Source: an uncultured Acidobacteriota bacterium (lineage in GTDB: Bacteria; Acidobacteriota; Terriglobia; UBA7540). Taken from it: 24,000 bases of DNA. The stretch spans positions 137,328 through 161,327 of the forward strand of contig CAWEFC010000006.1 of assembly GCA_963808085.1 (NCBI GenBank), read 5' to 3'. The position numbers and the translations under genes were made by a program. Positions 15,279 through 23,335 of the stretch are shown one piece after another. Numbering within the stretch: position 1 is the stretch's first letter; each line of letters starts with the position of its first letter. The notes beneath the pieces were generated by a model. The model ran no database searches, was not told where the DNA came from, and was given only the letters and a program-made list of their open reading frames with translations.

Positions 15279-17078
15279 ATGCGTTCACGGCGTAGAGCGG
15301 CGCTGACCCCGAGGGCCGAACACGGGAAGAGTGAAGAGTTGGATAGGCTGAGCATGAGCTTGCAAAAGAGGTCAGCGTTGAGCGGAGATGTCCACGACTC
15401 TTTGCGGCGGGGAGTCACATTGCAACGCGCGGCTTCCAAGGAGTTTTATCGAGCTCTTAATCGCGCAAATAAAGCAGAGGCGGATGGCAAGCCTGAGTTG
15501 GCGATCGATTGGTGCCGTTATGGAGCATCCGTGGCCTGGTGGTCGAATCCTGGTTTCCTGTACTGCCATGAGATGGAGCAGCTCCTCACGGAAGTTGGTC
15601 GGGATTATGGGAAACCGCTCACCAACTCCTTCTCCGCGAAGTGGCCTCCGAATCGATTCTTGCACGTGATGACCACTGCGTACGAGACGGGCGGACACAC
15701 GCGCGTGGTCGCCCGTTGGATTGAGACTTGCGCTCAGCACGCTCACACGGAACGGCATTCGATCCTGATTTCAAAGCAGGGGGACGAGCGGTTGCCCGCC
15801 TGGCTAGCTCGTGCTACGCAGAAAAGCGGGGGAGAACTATTCCGATTGTCATCGACGTTGTCCTGCTTGGAGGCCGCGACGGAATTACGCGCCAAGTCGT
15901 TGGATTTCGATGTCGTCGTCTTGCACATTCACCCTAATGATCCTCTGCCGAACCTGGCCTTCCATGACCAGCCCAGGCCCGTGATGTTCTTTAACCATGC
16001 GGACCATGTGTTTACCCTCGGCATGGATGCGGCAAGGGTCATCGCCGATTACCGATCCATCGGTCAGGACGTTTCCTCGCGCCTTCGCGCCAAACGGCCG
16101 CGGAAAGCGATGATCCCAATACCGCTGATCGACGACCAATCCTTCCCGGCGGATAAGGCGGACGCGCGCAGAAAACTTGGGCTGCCCGCGGACGCCCTCG
16201 TCGCACTCACGATCGGCCAAGCTTATAAGTTTAGCCCGGTTTTCGGATACAGCTTCTCCGAGGCTGCGCAAGCCATTTGTAACGGGGACCCTCGCATCAT
16301 CATTGTTGCGATCGGAGATCCAGAGAGCCAACCATGGGCGAAGTTGCAGCAGTCGACGCAGGGTCGGTTCCGGCCCGTCGGGGAGGTGGCCGATCCCGAG
16401 ATTCTCGAATTGTACTATTCCTCCGCGGATGTCTATTTGGACTCGTTTCCTTGCGGGTCCCTAACGGCGGCATTGGATGCTGCCCGGCACGCAATTGGAG
16501 TTCAGCGATTGAATATTCCATTGCAGCCACTTCTTTATTCTGACGACTTGGCGTTGGACTCCGTTTTAACCGGGGCTTCGAGTCAGAGCGAATATGTGGA
16601 GAGAGTGCTGCAATGGCTCCGATGGTCGGATGACCAGCGATCTGAACTCGGGGGCCGTCTGCGAGCCGCGGTTTTGAAAGAACACGTTGGAGCTTCGTGG
16701 AAGACGAAGTGGCTTGACGCGGCCGTGAACGCTCTCAATGCGCCTTGCGACACCCCCGCCCAATCCCGGCTTGGACCCCTGGAAGGCGAGCAAGATCGTT
16801 TCCTAACCTTTGCGGAATTGGGCTTACTGGATTGCCCCGCAAGCATGTTTGTCGCCGCTGCGGTCCTCGGCTTGAATGATTTGCCTCGGCCCATCCGAAT
16901 GTCGGGCGTGATGCACTCCTTCCGGCCATTGCTGTTTGATACCGCTCATGATGGGAGGGCGCGGGAGCGATTTCTGATGTTCAAAGACTTAACCAAGACA
17001 GTATTGCCGAAGGCAGTGATAACCGGAATAAATAAAGTCTTTCGGCCCGCCCTCAAGAGGCTGCGCATCAAAAAGTAG
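15279..17078 (+). CDS. Putative GT-B-fold glycosyltransferase-like protein
   Basis: 599 aa. The mid region has TTAYETGGHTRVV. The C-terminal half follows the GT4-like pattern (IIIVAIGD...RFRPVGEV.DPEILELYYSSADVYLDSFPCGSLTAALDAARHAIGV). This is a weak, motif-level call, and the start is uncertain (15279 or ATG 15354). Confidence 0.4.
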   Translation: MRSRRRAALTPRAEHGKSEELDRLSMSLQKRSALSGDVHDSLRRGVTLQRAASKEFYRALNRANKAEADGKPELAIDWCRYGASVAWWSNPGFLYCHEMEQLLTEVGRDYGKPLTNSFSAKWPPNRFLHVMTTAYETGGHTRVVARWIETCAQHAHTERHSILISKQGDERLPAWLARATQKSGGELFRLSSTLSCLEAATELRAKSLDFDVVVLHIHPNDPLPNLAFHDQPRPVMFFNHADHVFTLGMDAARVIADYRSIGQDVSSRLRAKRPRKAMIPIPLIDDQSFPADKADARRKLGLPADALVALTIGQAYKFSPVFGYSFSEAAQAICNGDPRIIIVAIGDPESQPWAKLQQSTQGRFRPVGEVADPEILELYYSSADVYLDSFPCGSLTAALDAARHAIGVQRLNIPLQPLLYSDDLALDSVLTGASSQSEYVERVLQWLRWSDDQRSELGGRLRAAVLKEHVGASWKTKWLDAAVNALNAPCDTPAQSRLGPLEGEQDRFLTFAELGLLDCPASMFVAAAVLGLNDLPRPIRMSGVMHSFRPLLFDTAHDGRARERFLMFKDLTKTVLPKAVITGINKVFRPALKRLRIKK

Positions 17079-17097
17079 GGTTCGCGGGAACCACTCT

Positions 17098-18147
17098 ATG
17101 GCTCGTACCCCCATGGTCAGCGTTTGCATTCCCTCCTATAACCACGCGCGTTTCCTGCCTGAAACGTTGGGCTCAATCCTAAGCCAGACCTTCCGCGACT
17201 TCGAACTCGTCGTAGTTGACGACGGATCGACGGATAACAGCCTGGAAATCTTACAGAGGTACGCCCGTGAATATCCCGAGATTGTGCGCGTATTCACCCA
17301 TCCCGGGCAGCGGAACCTGGGAATCACGGTCACAGAGAATTTGGCGGTCCAGAATGCTCGGGGACTCTATTGGTGCGGGAACGATTCGGACGATGTTTCC
17401 TACCCGGACCGACTCGCGCGACAGGTGGACTTTTTGGAAAGTCATCCTGACATAGGGTGGGTGTATGGTGTTGCCGAGTACATCGACAAGGAGGGGACGC
17501 GGCTCAGCGATCAGATGGGCCAGGATCTGTCCGCGTTCCCGGATTTGGCGGAAGAGCTCATCATGCAAAATACGATCGTCGCCCCCACCACGATGGTGCG
17601 AATGAAGTGCATGAGGGAAGTTGGGGCGTTCGAACCAGGATTGATCTATGGCGATTGGGAACTTTGGATTCGGCTGTCCACGCGCTTTCCGAGTGCATTT
17701 CTGCCGGGCCCCGTGGTCGGGTATCGCTGCCATGATTACAACACCTCGGTGAGCTTTCCCCAAGCGGAGGACCCGGTACGCAGTCGCGAGAACATCAGAA
17801 ACGGGCTTGTGGTTATCACCACTCTACGACGGAAGGCGGAAACAGCGGAAGGCCAATTGGGACTCCCACGAACGAAAGCTCTGCTCGACTTGCGCCGTGC
17901 GGCGTTTCATCTTTTACTCAACGAAAGGGATTCTGCATCTATGGCGGTAGCGGCGGCGTTTAGAAGCGATCCCTCGATTCGCTATGACTGGAAGCACCTG
18001 GCGAATTGCTTGACCCGGTTCGAGAGGCTGCGGCTGGCGTTCATGACCATCCGGGAGCTCGGGTTCCCGCCAACATGGCTAGGGGATAAGGCTTTCACCT
18101 CTGCCGTACTGCGGCTTGGCGCCAATCGAATTCGACGGCTTTCCTAG
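17098..18147 (+). CDS. Family 2 glycosyltransferase
   Basis: VSVCIPSYNHARFLPETLGSILSQTFRDFELVVVDDGSTDNS is a canonical GT2 N-terminus; the DxD region follows. Confidence 0.85.
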   Translation: MARTPMVSVCIPSYNHARFLPETLGSILSQTFRDFELVVVDDGSTDNSLEILQRYAREYPEIVRVFTHPGQRNLGITVTENLAVQNARGLYWCGNDSDDVSYPDRLARQVDFLESHPDIGWVYGVAEYIDKEGTRLSDQMGQDLSAFPDLAEELIMQNTIVAPTTMVRMKCMREVGAFEPGLIYGDWELWIRLSTRFPSAFLPGPVVGYRCHDYNTSVSFPQAEDPVRSRENIRNGLVVITTLRRKAETAEGQLGLPRTKALLDLRRAAFHLLLNERDSASMAVAAAFRSDPSIRYDWKHLANCLTRFERLRLAFMTIRELGFPPTWLGDKAFTSAVLRLGANRIRRLS

Positions 18148-18408
18148 GGGGCAGATATTCTGGCTCGAGTGCCTTCGTCTGATGTGTTCGACGCGCGCCC
18201 TGCCTAATTCCAGCAAGGGCCGCGGTGGCAAAGGCGCGATAAAATCCGGCGCTAGCTGCCGGCGTCGGCGCTGGCCCCAAGCGCTGTTTAGCTCTGAAAC
18301 CACAGGCTTCAAACGCGGAAAGGAATTGCATGAAATTCGCGCCAGGCGATAGTATGAGCGAGACGGAGAGGCCGAGTGTTTTTTCGACATTGATAATACC
18401 TATCGCTT

Positions 18409-19182
18409 ATGGGGAACTGCATGAGTCTAACTGAAGACCAATATCGGAGATACGCCAACCTTACTTTTGATGACATGCGGCGGATGGCTAAGGACGAATC
18501 CTTAAGCCAATACGAGAAGATCGGGTTCCCCGATTCATACCGAAAAGGCAAGGAAGAGCTCATTTTTCAAAGTATTCTTTCCAATCTGCCCCTGCTCAAT
18601 GACAGCGGGAAGGTGGTTCTCGACGTCGGCCCCGGTTGTAGTGGATTGCCCCACATGATGATTGACCTCTGCCGCCACCGAGGCCATAAGCTTTTGCTCG
18701 TGGACTCCGAGGAGATGCTCGCGCACCTGCCCAACGACGATTTCATTCAAAAGTTTCCAGCGTATTACCCGCAATGCGATGCTCTCTTTGAAGCATATTC
18801 CTCAAAAGTGGACGTGCTCCTCACGTATAGTGTGCTTCATTTGGTCTTTGTTGAAGGGAATCTCTGGGACTTCCTGGACCGGTCGCTCGAACTTTTGGCG
18901 GAAGGCGCGCAAATGATGATCGGTGACATACCTAACATCTCAAAGCGCCGCCGGTTCTTCAGTAGTTCCAACGGCGTAAAGTTTCACCAGCAGGTCATGA
19001 ACACCCAGAGTCGGCCCGAGCTGAATTTCAATCGCTTAGACCGGCGCCAGATTGATGACTCCGTAATACTGGCCATGATCAGCCGGGCGAGGAATCAGGG
19101 ATTTGACGCGTATCTATTGCCCCAACCTCCCGGCCTGCCCCTTGAGAATCGCCGTGAAGATGTGCTGATCAGGCGGCCGTAA
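18409..19182 (+). CDS. SAM-dependent methyltransferase (class I-like)
   Basis: Motif I-like VLDVGPGCSGL, with the acidic residue after beta-2 (LLLVDSEE). The gene is visibly more AT-rich than its neighbours. Confidence 0.55.
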   Translation: MGNCMSLTEDQYRRYANLTFDDMRRMAKDESLSQYEKIGFPDSYRKGKEELIFQSILSNLPLLNDSGKVVLDVGPGCSGLPHMMIDLCRHRGHKLLLVDSEEMLAHLPNDDFIQKFPAYYPQCDALFEAYSSKVDVLLTYSVLHLVFVEGNLWDFLDRSLELLAEGAQMMIGDIPNISKRRRFFSSSNGVKFHQQVMNTQSRPELNFNRLDRRQIDDSVILAMISRARNQGFDAYLLPQPPGLPLENRREDVLIRRP

Positions 19183-19225
19183 GGGGTGACAATTAGAACC
19201 CATTCTTGCCTAACGCCCGGCAGTT

Positions 19226-20182
19226 ATGAGTCGTGAAACCCGAGTACGTGTGGAGGTTTACGAGCCAAAGTACGAGGCTTGCTGGGATGAGTTTGTCCGT
19301 CAATCCAAGAATGGCGTGTTCATCTTCGACAGAGGTTACGTTGAATATCACGCCGATCGATTCACTGACCACTCACTTCTGTTCTTTCAAGACGATCAAC
19401 TGATAGGCGTCATGCCCGCAAACCGGGTCGAGGACACGGTGGTGTCACACGGAGGCCTCACGTTCGGCGGAATAATCTCCGGCCAGAGGATGAAGACGCA
19501 TCGGATGTTGGAAGTTTTTGCAGCTCTTGTGAACGACCTGCGCGCTCGGAGAGCGAAGAAGCTGATTTATAAGGCGATTCCTCATATTTATCATGTCCTT
19601 CCCGCAGAGGAAGACCTCTACGCGCTATTTCGGCACAACGCCAAGCTCGTTCGGCGGGATGTGTCTTCCACGGTGGCCACCGGACAGAAACTTCCGCTTC
19701 CCAAAGGACGGAAGGGAGCTCTACGGAGAGGAGTGGTGAAGGGGTTGGAAGTGGCACGCACACACGCGCTTTCCTCGTTCATAGCCATTGAGGAAGCGAA
19801 TCTCCAATCGCGTTACGGCGTGCGGCCGGTGCACACTGCCGCTGAAATGCAGCTTCTGGCCGATCGCTTTCCCGAGAACATCAAGCTTTTCACCGCGAGC
19901 CTTCAGGGCGAAGTGGAGGCGGGGGTAGTTATCTACGAGAGCAGAAATGTTGCGCACTGTCAGTATATTGGGGCCACGGAAAAGGGAAAAAGTCTTGGGG
20001 CGTTGGACTGCATCATGGAAGTGCTCCTGAATGAAGTTTACGCGGCCAAGCCCTATTTTGATTTCGGCATCTCGACCGTGGACAATGGACGCACCCTGAA
20101 CGCCGACTTGATCCAAAACAAGGAAAGTTATGGGGCGCGCGCGACGGTGTATGATTTCTATGAATTGAGCCTGGGAACATAA
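19226..20182 (+). CDS. FemAB/GNAT-fold acyltransferase-like protein commonly found in amino-sugar clusters
   Basis: 318 aa. The WDEFV...YHADRF..HSLLF...GGLTFGG pattern resembles the GNAT/FemAB-like family found next to FdtA/WxcM genes. This is a recollection-level call. Confidence 0.5.
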   Translation: MSRETRVRVEVYEPKYEACWDEFVRQSKNGVFIFDRGYVEYHADRFTDHSLLFFQDDQLIGVMPANRVEDTVVSHGGLTFGGIISGQRMKTHRMLEVFAALVNDLRARRAKKLIYKAIPHIYHVLPAEEDLYALFRHNAKLVRRDVSSTVATGQKLPLPKGRKGALRRGVVKGLEVARTHALSSFIAIEEANLQSRYGVRPVHTAAEMQLLADRFPENIKLFTASLQGEVEAGVVIYESRNVAHCQYIGATEKGKSLGALDCIMEVLLNEVYAAKPYFDFGISTVDNGRTLNADLIQNKESYGARATVYDFYELSLGT

Positions 20183-20637
20183 TGCGAATACATGACGCCG
20201 GCGCTCGGAGTGCGGAGTCGCATAATTCGACGCTCGCAAGTTGCCAGATCATCCGCTTGCCGCGGGTCGAGGATGTGCGTGGAAACCTTTCTTTTGTGGA
20301 GGAGAAACTCCATATCCCCTTTGCCATAAAGCGGGTCTATTGGGTCTATGATGTTCCCGGAGGGGCGACGCGCGACGGTCATGCCTACCGCACCCTGGAA
20401 GAGTTCATCATTGCCGTCTCCGGCAGCTTCGATGTGGCGATAGACGATGGCAAGGAACAGCAGGTGGTGCAACTGAACCGATCCTACATGGGGATATACG
20501 TTCCCCCCATGGTTTGGCGCAGCCTCGAGAACTTCTCCAGCAATTCGGTAGCGCTCATCCTGGCGTCCCAAACATACTCCGAGGACGATTACCTGCGCGA
20601 GTATCAAGAATTCACGCGTCTGCTGAACACGAAATGA
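20182..20637 (+). CDS. FdtA/QdtA/WxcM-like sugar 3,4-ketoisomerase cupin (copy 1)
   Basis: LPRVEDVRGNLSFVEE...IPFAIKRVYWVYDVPGG..RDGHAYR...ILASQTYSEDDY is the FdtA-type cupin pattern. The start ATG overlaps the upstream stop (TAATG). Confidence 0.75.
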   Translation: MRIHDAGARSAESHNSTLASCQIIRLPRVEDVRGNLSFVEEKLHIPFAIKRVYWVYDVPGGATRDGHAYRTLEEFIIAVSGSFDVAIDDGKEQQVVQLNRSYMGIYVPPMVWRSLENFSSNSVALILASQTYSEDDYLREYQEFTRLLNTK

Positions 20638-21050
20638 TCACCGTAGACGACTGCCGTTTGCTCGAGCTGCCGAGGATTGTTCAGCCCGGCCACGGCAGCA
20701 TCACGCCCGTGGAAGGTGGAAAGGACTTTCCGTTTGCCATTGCTCGCGTTTATTACCTCTACGATGTCCCCGGAGGTGAGTCGCGCGGGGGTCATGCACA
20801 CAAGGAATTGGAACAGGTAATCGTCGCCGCCCTGGGGTCTTTCGAGGTAGAGGTCGACGATGGTGCACACAAGAGGACGTTCCAACTGAACCGGAGCTAC
20901 CGCGGTTTCTACCTGCCGCGCCTGATTTGGAGGGAACTCAAGAATTTTTCATCCGGGGCAATCTGCCTGGTGATGGCCTCTCATCCATACCGCGAGGAGG
21001 ACTACTTTCGGGACTATTCGGAATTCGTTCGGCACCGGCAGGGGGGATGA
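20634..21050 (+). CDS. FdtA/QdtA/WxcM-like sugar 3,4-ketoisomerase cupin (copy 2)
   Basis: MITVDDCRLLELPRI...FPFAIARVYYLYDVPGGESRGGHAHKELEQ...VMASHPYREEDY. The ATG overlaps the stop of copy 1 (ATGA). The track's earlier start at 20514 lies inside copy 1. Confidence 0.75.
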   Translation: MITVDDCRLLELPRIVQPGHGSITPVEGGKDFPFAIARVYYLYDVPGGESRGGHAHKELEQVIVAALGSFEVEVDDGAHKRTFQLNRSYRGFYLPRLIWRELKNFSSGAICLVMASHPYREEDYFRDYSEFVRHRQGG

Positions 21051-21200
21051 GGTCATCTCGGTTGCGCACACCTTCATTGGCACGGCCGTGGCAATCGCGG
21101 GGACAGGAGCGACGCCGGTCTTTATTGATGTCGACCCCCCGACATACACCGTTGCCCTGGAGCAGTTGGCTTCAGCGTTCTCTCCGAACGGTGGCCAGAT
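21040..21200 (+). pseudogene. Remnant of a DegT/DnrJ/EryC1-type sugar aminotransferase (internal ~50-aa fragment only)
   Basis: Frame-1 translation GRGDEVISVAHTFIGTAVAIAGTGATPVFIDVDPPTYTVALEQLASAFSP matches the GDEVI..TF.AT..AI...GA.PVF.D.D..T motif block of DegT-family enzymes. The N-terminal ~80 aa and everything from the PLP-lysine region onward are absent. Homology stops near 21200. Confidence 0.65.
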
Positions 21201-21226
21201 CATGCCCTGCCGCACTGTCCCGCTTT

Positions 21227-21255
21227 TTGACGGTTTCGGCGGGGAGCGTTATAAT
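21227..21255 (+). promoter_or_regulatory. Near-consensus sigma-70-type promoter
   Basis: TTGACG (21227-21232), a 17-nt spacer, then TATAAT (21250-21255). It sits 33 nt upstream of the fmdB-like start, with GAGGAGG at 21276-21282. Confidence 0.6.
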
Positions 21256-21287
21256 TTACTGGATTCATCGCCATCGAGGAGGCTTTC

Positions 21288-21611
21288 TTGCCCCTTTACG
21301 AGTACAAGTGTAAAAAATGCGGGCGAAAGGTAGAGAAAATCCGGAAATTCTCGGACCCGCCTCTTACGACCTGTGAAAGTTGTGGAGGAAAACTCGAGCA
21401 ACTGCTCTCCTCGCCTGCCATTCGCTTCAAGGGTTCGGGTTTTTACGTCAACGATTACGCGCGGAAATCGTCAGACCCCAGCAGCACATCCTCTGCTGAT
21501 TCTGCCCCTTCCACCGATAAAAAAGAAACAGCTAAGGATAAGGGAACGGAAAAAGGGAAGGAATCCAGCAAGCCAAGTGAATCCGCCACTGCCGGTTCCA
21601 GCAAAACATAG
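21288..21611 (+). CDS. FmdB-family zinc-ribbon protein with Ser/Lys-rich C-terminal tail
   Basis: (M)PLYEYKCKKCG...TCESCGG...FKGSGFY is the FmdB/CxxC-CxxC zinc-ribbon signature. TTG start lies 5 nt after GAGGAGG. Confidence 0.8.
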   Translation: MPLYEYKCKKCGRKVEKIRKFSDPPLTTCESCGGKLEQLLSSPAIRFKGSGFYVNDYARKSSDPSSTSSADSAPSTDKKETAKDKGTEKGKESSKPSESATAGSSKT

Positions 21612-21614
21612 AGC

Positions 21615-21706
21615 CTGGGGGCAGTTGAAATTACGAATTACATTTGACGACCGCAATTCGTGATTTTGAATCCCCCTGACACTTGCTATTAGACCCCTGC
21701 CCCCAG
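21615..21706. other. Nested inverted repeats between convergent genes
   Basis: CTGGGGGCAG (21615-21624) pairs with CTGCCCCCAG (21697-21706). These enclose ACGAATT (21633-21639) and AATTCGT (21655-21661). Confidence 0.5.
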
Positions 21707-21716
21707 TGCCGAGCCC

Positions 21717-22595
21717 CTAAATGTCCAGCGACTTTAGATAGCGGCGAAAGGCTTTGCCCATGTCGGGCCGCTTTAGCGCGATTTCCACCGTCGCTTGCAG
21801 GAAACCCAGCTTATCACCCGCATCGTACCGCTTGCCTTCGAATACATATCCATAAATGGGTTCGCTGGCTAGGAGCCGCCGCAGTCCATCAGTGAGTTGA
21901 ATCTCCCCGCCGGCCCCGGGGATCGTGTTCGATAGGGCCTTCCAAATCGATGGACTCAGGATATAACGCCCAATGACCGCGAGATTCGAAGGGGCCTCCG
22001 AGGGCGAGGGCTTTTCGATCATATCCTCGATTTGGTAAAGCCGACCGTGGCTTTCTCGGTCCGAAACCAAATGCGCGCGAATGATACCGTAGCTGGACAC
22101 CGACTTTCGGGGTACCCGCTGAATCGCCACCACACTGTGCCCAAATCGTTCGTAGACTTCCATCATCTGCTTCAAACAGGGAACCTCGTTCACAATAATG
22201 TCGTCGGAAAGGAGTACCGCGAAGGGTTCATCCTCCACTAAGCCGCGTGCCGTCAGGATGGCATCGCCGAGTCCTTTGGGGATCTGCTGCCTTACATACG
22301 CAAAGCGCAGCATGCCGGAAATCTTCCGGAGTTGGCGGCGAAGTTCCTCTTTCCCTCTGCCGGCCAGTTCCTGCTCGAGTTCCGCGGAAACATCGAAGTG
22401 ATTTTCGATGGCCTGCTTGCCGCGTCCGGTAACGAACACCACCATGGGAATCCCGGAAGCAGCCACTTCCTCCACCGCATATTGCACTAGCGGCTTGTCT
22501 ACGATTGGCAACATCTCCTTGGGCTGGGCTTTGGTTGCTGGCAGGAAGCGCGTGCCGAGCCCTGCAACTGGTAACACCGCCTTGCGAATTCGCAT
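21717..22595 (-). CDS. galU: UTP-glucose-1-phosphate uridylyltransferase
   Basis: MRIRKAVLPVAGLGTRFLPATKAQPKEMLPIVDKPLVQYAVEE is the canonical GalU N-terminus. The start is taken at that Met (22595), not the track's upstream 22676. Confidence 0.9.
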   Translation of the reverse strand: MRIRKAVLPVAGLGTRFLPATKAQPKEMLPIVDKPLVQYAVEEVAASGIPMVVFVTGRGKQAIENHFDVSAELEQELAGRGKEELRRQLRKISGMLRFAYVRQQIPKGLGDAILTARGLVEDEPFAVLLSDDIIVNEVPCLKQMMEVYERFGHSVVAIQRVPRKSVSSYGIIRAHLVSDRESHGRLYQIEDMIEKPSPSEAPSNLAVIGRYILSPSIWKALSNTIPGAGGEIQLTDGLRRLLASEPIYGYVFEGKRYDAGDKLGFLQATVEIALKRPDMGKAFRRYLKSLDI

Positions 22596-22709
22596 GTGCC
22601 CTCGCTCGACCTGTGATTTCAATGCGACATCTACCCTTGCAATCCTCAGTGTATCCCTCGCTTCACCGCACGTCAAAGACTGCGTGAGATAGGCTCCATG
22701 GCAATTCGC

Positions 22710-22738
22710 TTGACTTTCACGAGCATTGCCATTAATCT
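22710..22738 (+). promoter_or_regulatory. Candidate promoter for the leader ORF and tRNA array
   Basis: TTGACT (22710-22715), a 17-nt spacer, then TAATCT (22733-22738). Confidence 0.45.
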
Positions 22739-22763
22739 AGAGTTTCATTCGAAGGAACATATA

Positions 22764-22847
22764 ATGCGATTTTCCTTAGGCTCCTCACTCTTGTCGCTAT
22801 CGTCGCTGAGTTATCTCAGCATGAACAGGGCGGAGGGGTCTGGGTAA
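22764..22847 (+). CDS. Candidate 27-codon leader peptide, Ser/Leu/Tyr-rich
   Basis: GAAGGAA lies 6 nt upstream of the ATG. The peptide is MRFSLGSSLLSLSSLSYLSMNRAEGSG. It is followed by a terminator and the tRNA array. Too short for the ORF track; see the finding. Confidence 0.4.
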   Translation: MRFSLGSSLLSLSSLSYLSMNRAEGSG

Positions 22848-22868
22848 CCGGAATTACATCAAAACCCC

Positions 22869-22904
22869 AAAAAGCCGCCCGTAAAAAGGCGGCTTTTTTA
22901 TTTT
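22869..22904 (+). terminator. Intrinsic terminator (bidirectional in shape) abutting the first tRNA
   Basis: AAAAAGCCGCC-cgtaaaaa-GGCGGCTTTTTTATTTT. The T-tract ends at 22904 and tRNA 1 starts at 22905. Confidence 0.75.
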
Positions 22905-22981
22905 GCGCGGGTGATGCAATGGGCAGACATGGCGGTCTCAAAAACCGCTTCTTGTGGGTTCAAATCCCTCTCCGCGCACCA
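22905..22981 (+). tRNA. tRNA with Leu anticodon CAA, 77 nt, short (5-nt) variable loop, CCA encoded
   Basis: Manual fold:
- acceptor GCGCGGG/TCCGCGC
- D arm ATG(C)-AATGGGCAG-(A)CAT
- anticodon arm GCGGT-CTCAAAA-ACCGC
- variable TTCTT
- T arm GTGGG-TTCAAAT-CCCTC (one mismatch)
- A73, then CCA. Confidence 0.75.
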
Positions 22982-22982
22982 G

Positions 22983-23073
22983 GGAAGCGTGGCTCAGTGG
23001 CGACGGCAGCGGGCTGTAGACCCGCCACCCCTTGTGGGTAACACCGAAGGTTCGACTCCTTCCGCTTCCACCA
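22983..23073 (+). tRNA. tRNA-Tyr (GUA), 91 nt, long variable region, CCA encoded
   Basis: Manual fold:
- acceptor GGAAGCG/CGCTTCC
- anticodon arm GCGGG-CTGTAGA-CCCGC
- ~20-nt variable region CACCCCTTGTGGGTAACACC
- T arm GAAGG-TTCGACT-CCTTC
- A73, then CCA. Confidence 0.8.
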
Positions 23074-23079
23074 AGATTT

Positions 23080-23158
23080 GCCGGGATGGTCAAAATGGCA
23101 AAGGCGCTCCGTTCAGACCGGAGAGATTTTGCGAGTTCGACTCTCGCTCCCGGCACCA
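23080..23158 (+). tRNA. tRNA with Leu anticodon CAG, 79 nt, short (7-nt) variable loop, CCA encoded
   Basis: Manual fold:
- acceptor GCCGGGA/TCCCGGC
- D arm GTC-AAAATGGCAAA-GGC
- anticodon arm CTCCG-TTCAGAC-CGGAG
- variable AGATTTT
- T arm GCGAG-TTCGACT-CTCGC
- A73, then CCA. Confidence 0.75.
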
Positions 23159-23164
23159 AGTTCG

Positions 23165-23238
23165 GCCCAAGTGACGCAATCGGTAGACGTGCCACTTTGA
23201 GATGGTGGATGTTGGAGGTTCGAATCCTCTCTTGGGCA
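23165..23238 (+). tRNA. tRNA with Leu anticodon GAG, 74 nt to the discriminator, short (5-nt) variable loop, CCA not fully encoded (ACC then next tRNA)
   Basis: Manual fold:
- acceptor GCCCAAG/CTTGGGC
- D arm ACG(C)-AATCGGTAG-(A)CGT
- anticodon arm CCACT-TTGAGAT-GGTGG
- variable ATGTT
- T arm GGAGG-TTCGAAT-CCTCT
- A73. Confidence 0.75.
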
Positions 23239-23240
23239 CC

Positions 23241-23328
23241 GGAAGAATGGCCGAGCGGTAAGGCACCGAGTTGCTAACTCGGAGTCTGGGTAAAACCGGC
23301 GCAGGTTCGATCCCTGTTTCTTCCGCCA
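23241..23328 (+). tRNA. tRNA-Ser (GCU), 88 nt, long variable arm, CCA encoded
   Basis: Manual fold:
- acceptor GGAAGAA/TTCTTCC
- D region GCCGAGCGGTAAGGCA
- anticodon arm CCGAG-TTGCTAA-CTCGG
- 18-nt variable arm
- T arm GCAGG-TTCGATC-CCTGT
- G73, then CCA. Confidence 0.85.
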
Positions 23329-23335
23329 AATTTTC

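Noticed and set aside
20514-20633. Upstream start for the second FdtA-like gene (178-aa version)
   Set aside because: That extension overlaps the first cupin in another frame. ATG 20634 overlaps the upstream stop (ATGA) and gives the normal ~139-aa cupin.
22905-23238. Reading the short Leu-anticodon tRNAs on the minus strand, which would give Gln UUG/CUG and Glu CUC anticodons in class I tRNAs
   Set aside because: The T-loops (TTCRANT), the GG-containing D-loops, the encoded CCA ends and the A73 discriminator are all correctly placed only on the + strand. The reverse complement would put the T-loop sequence in the D-arm position.
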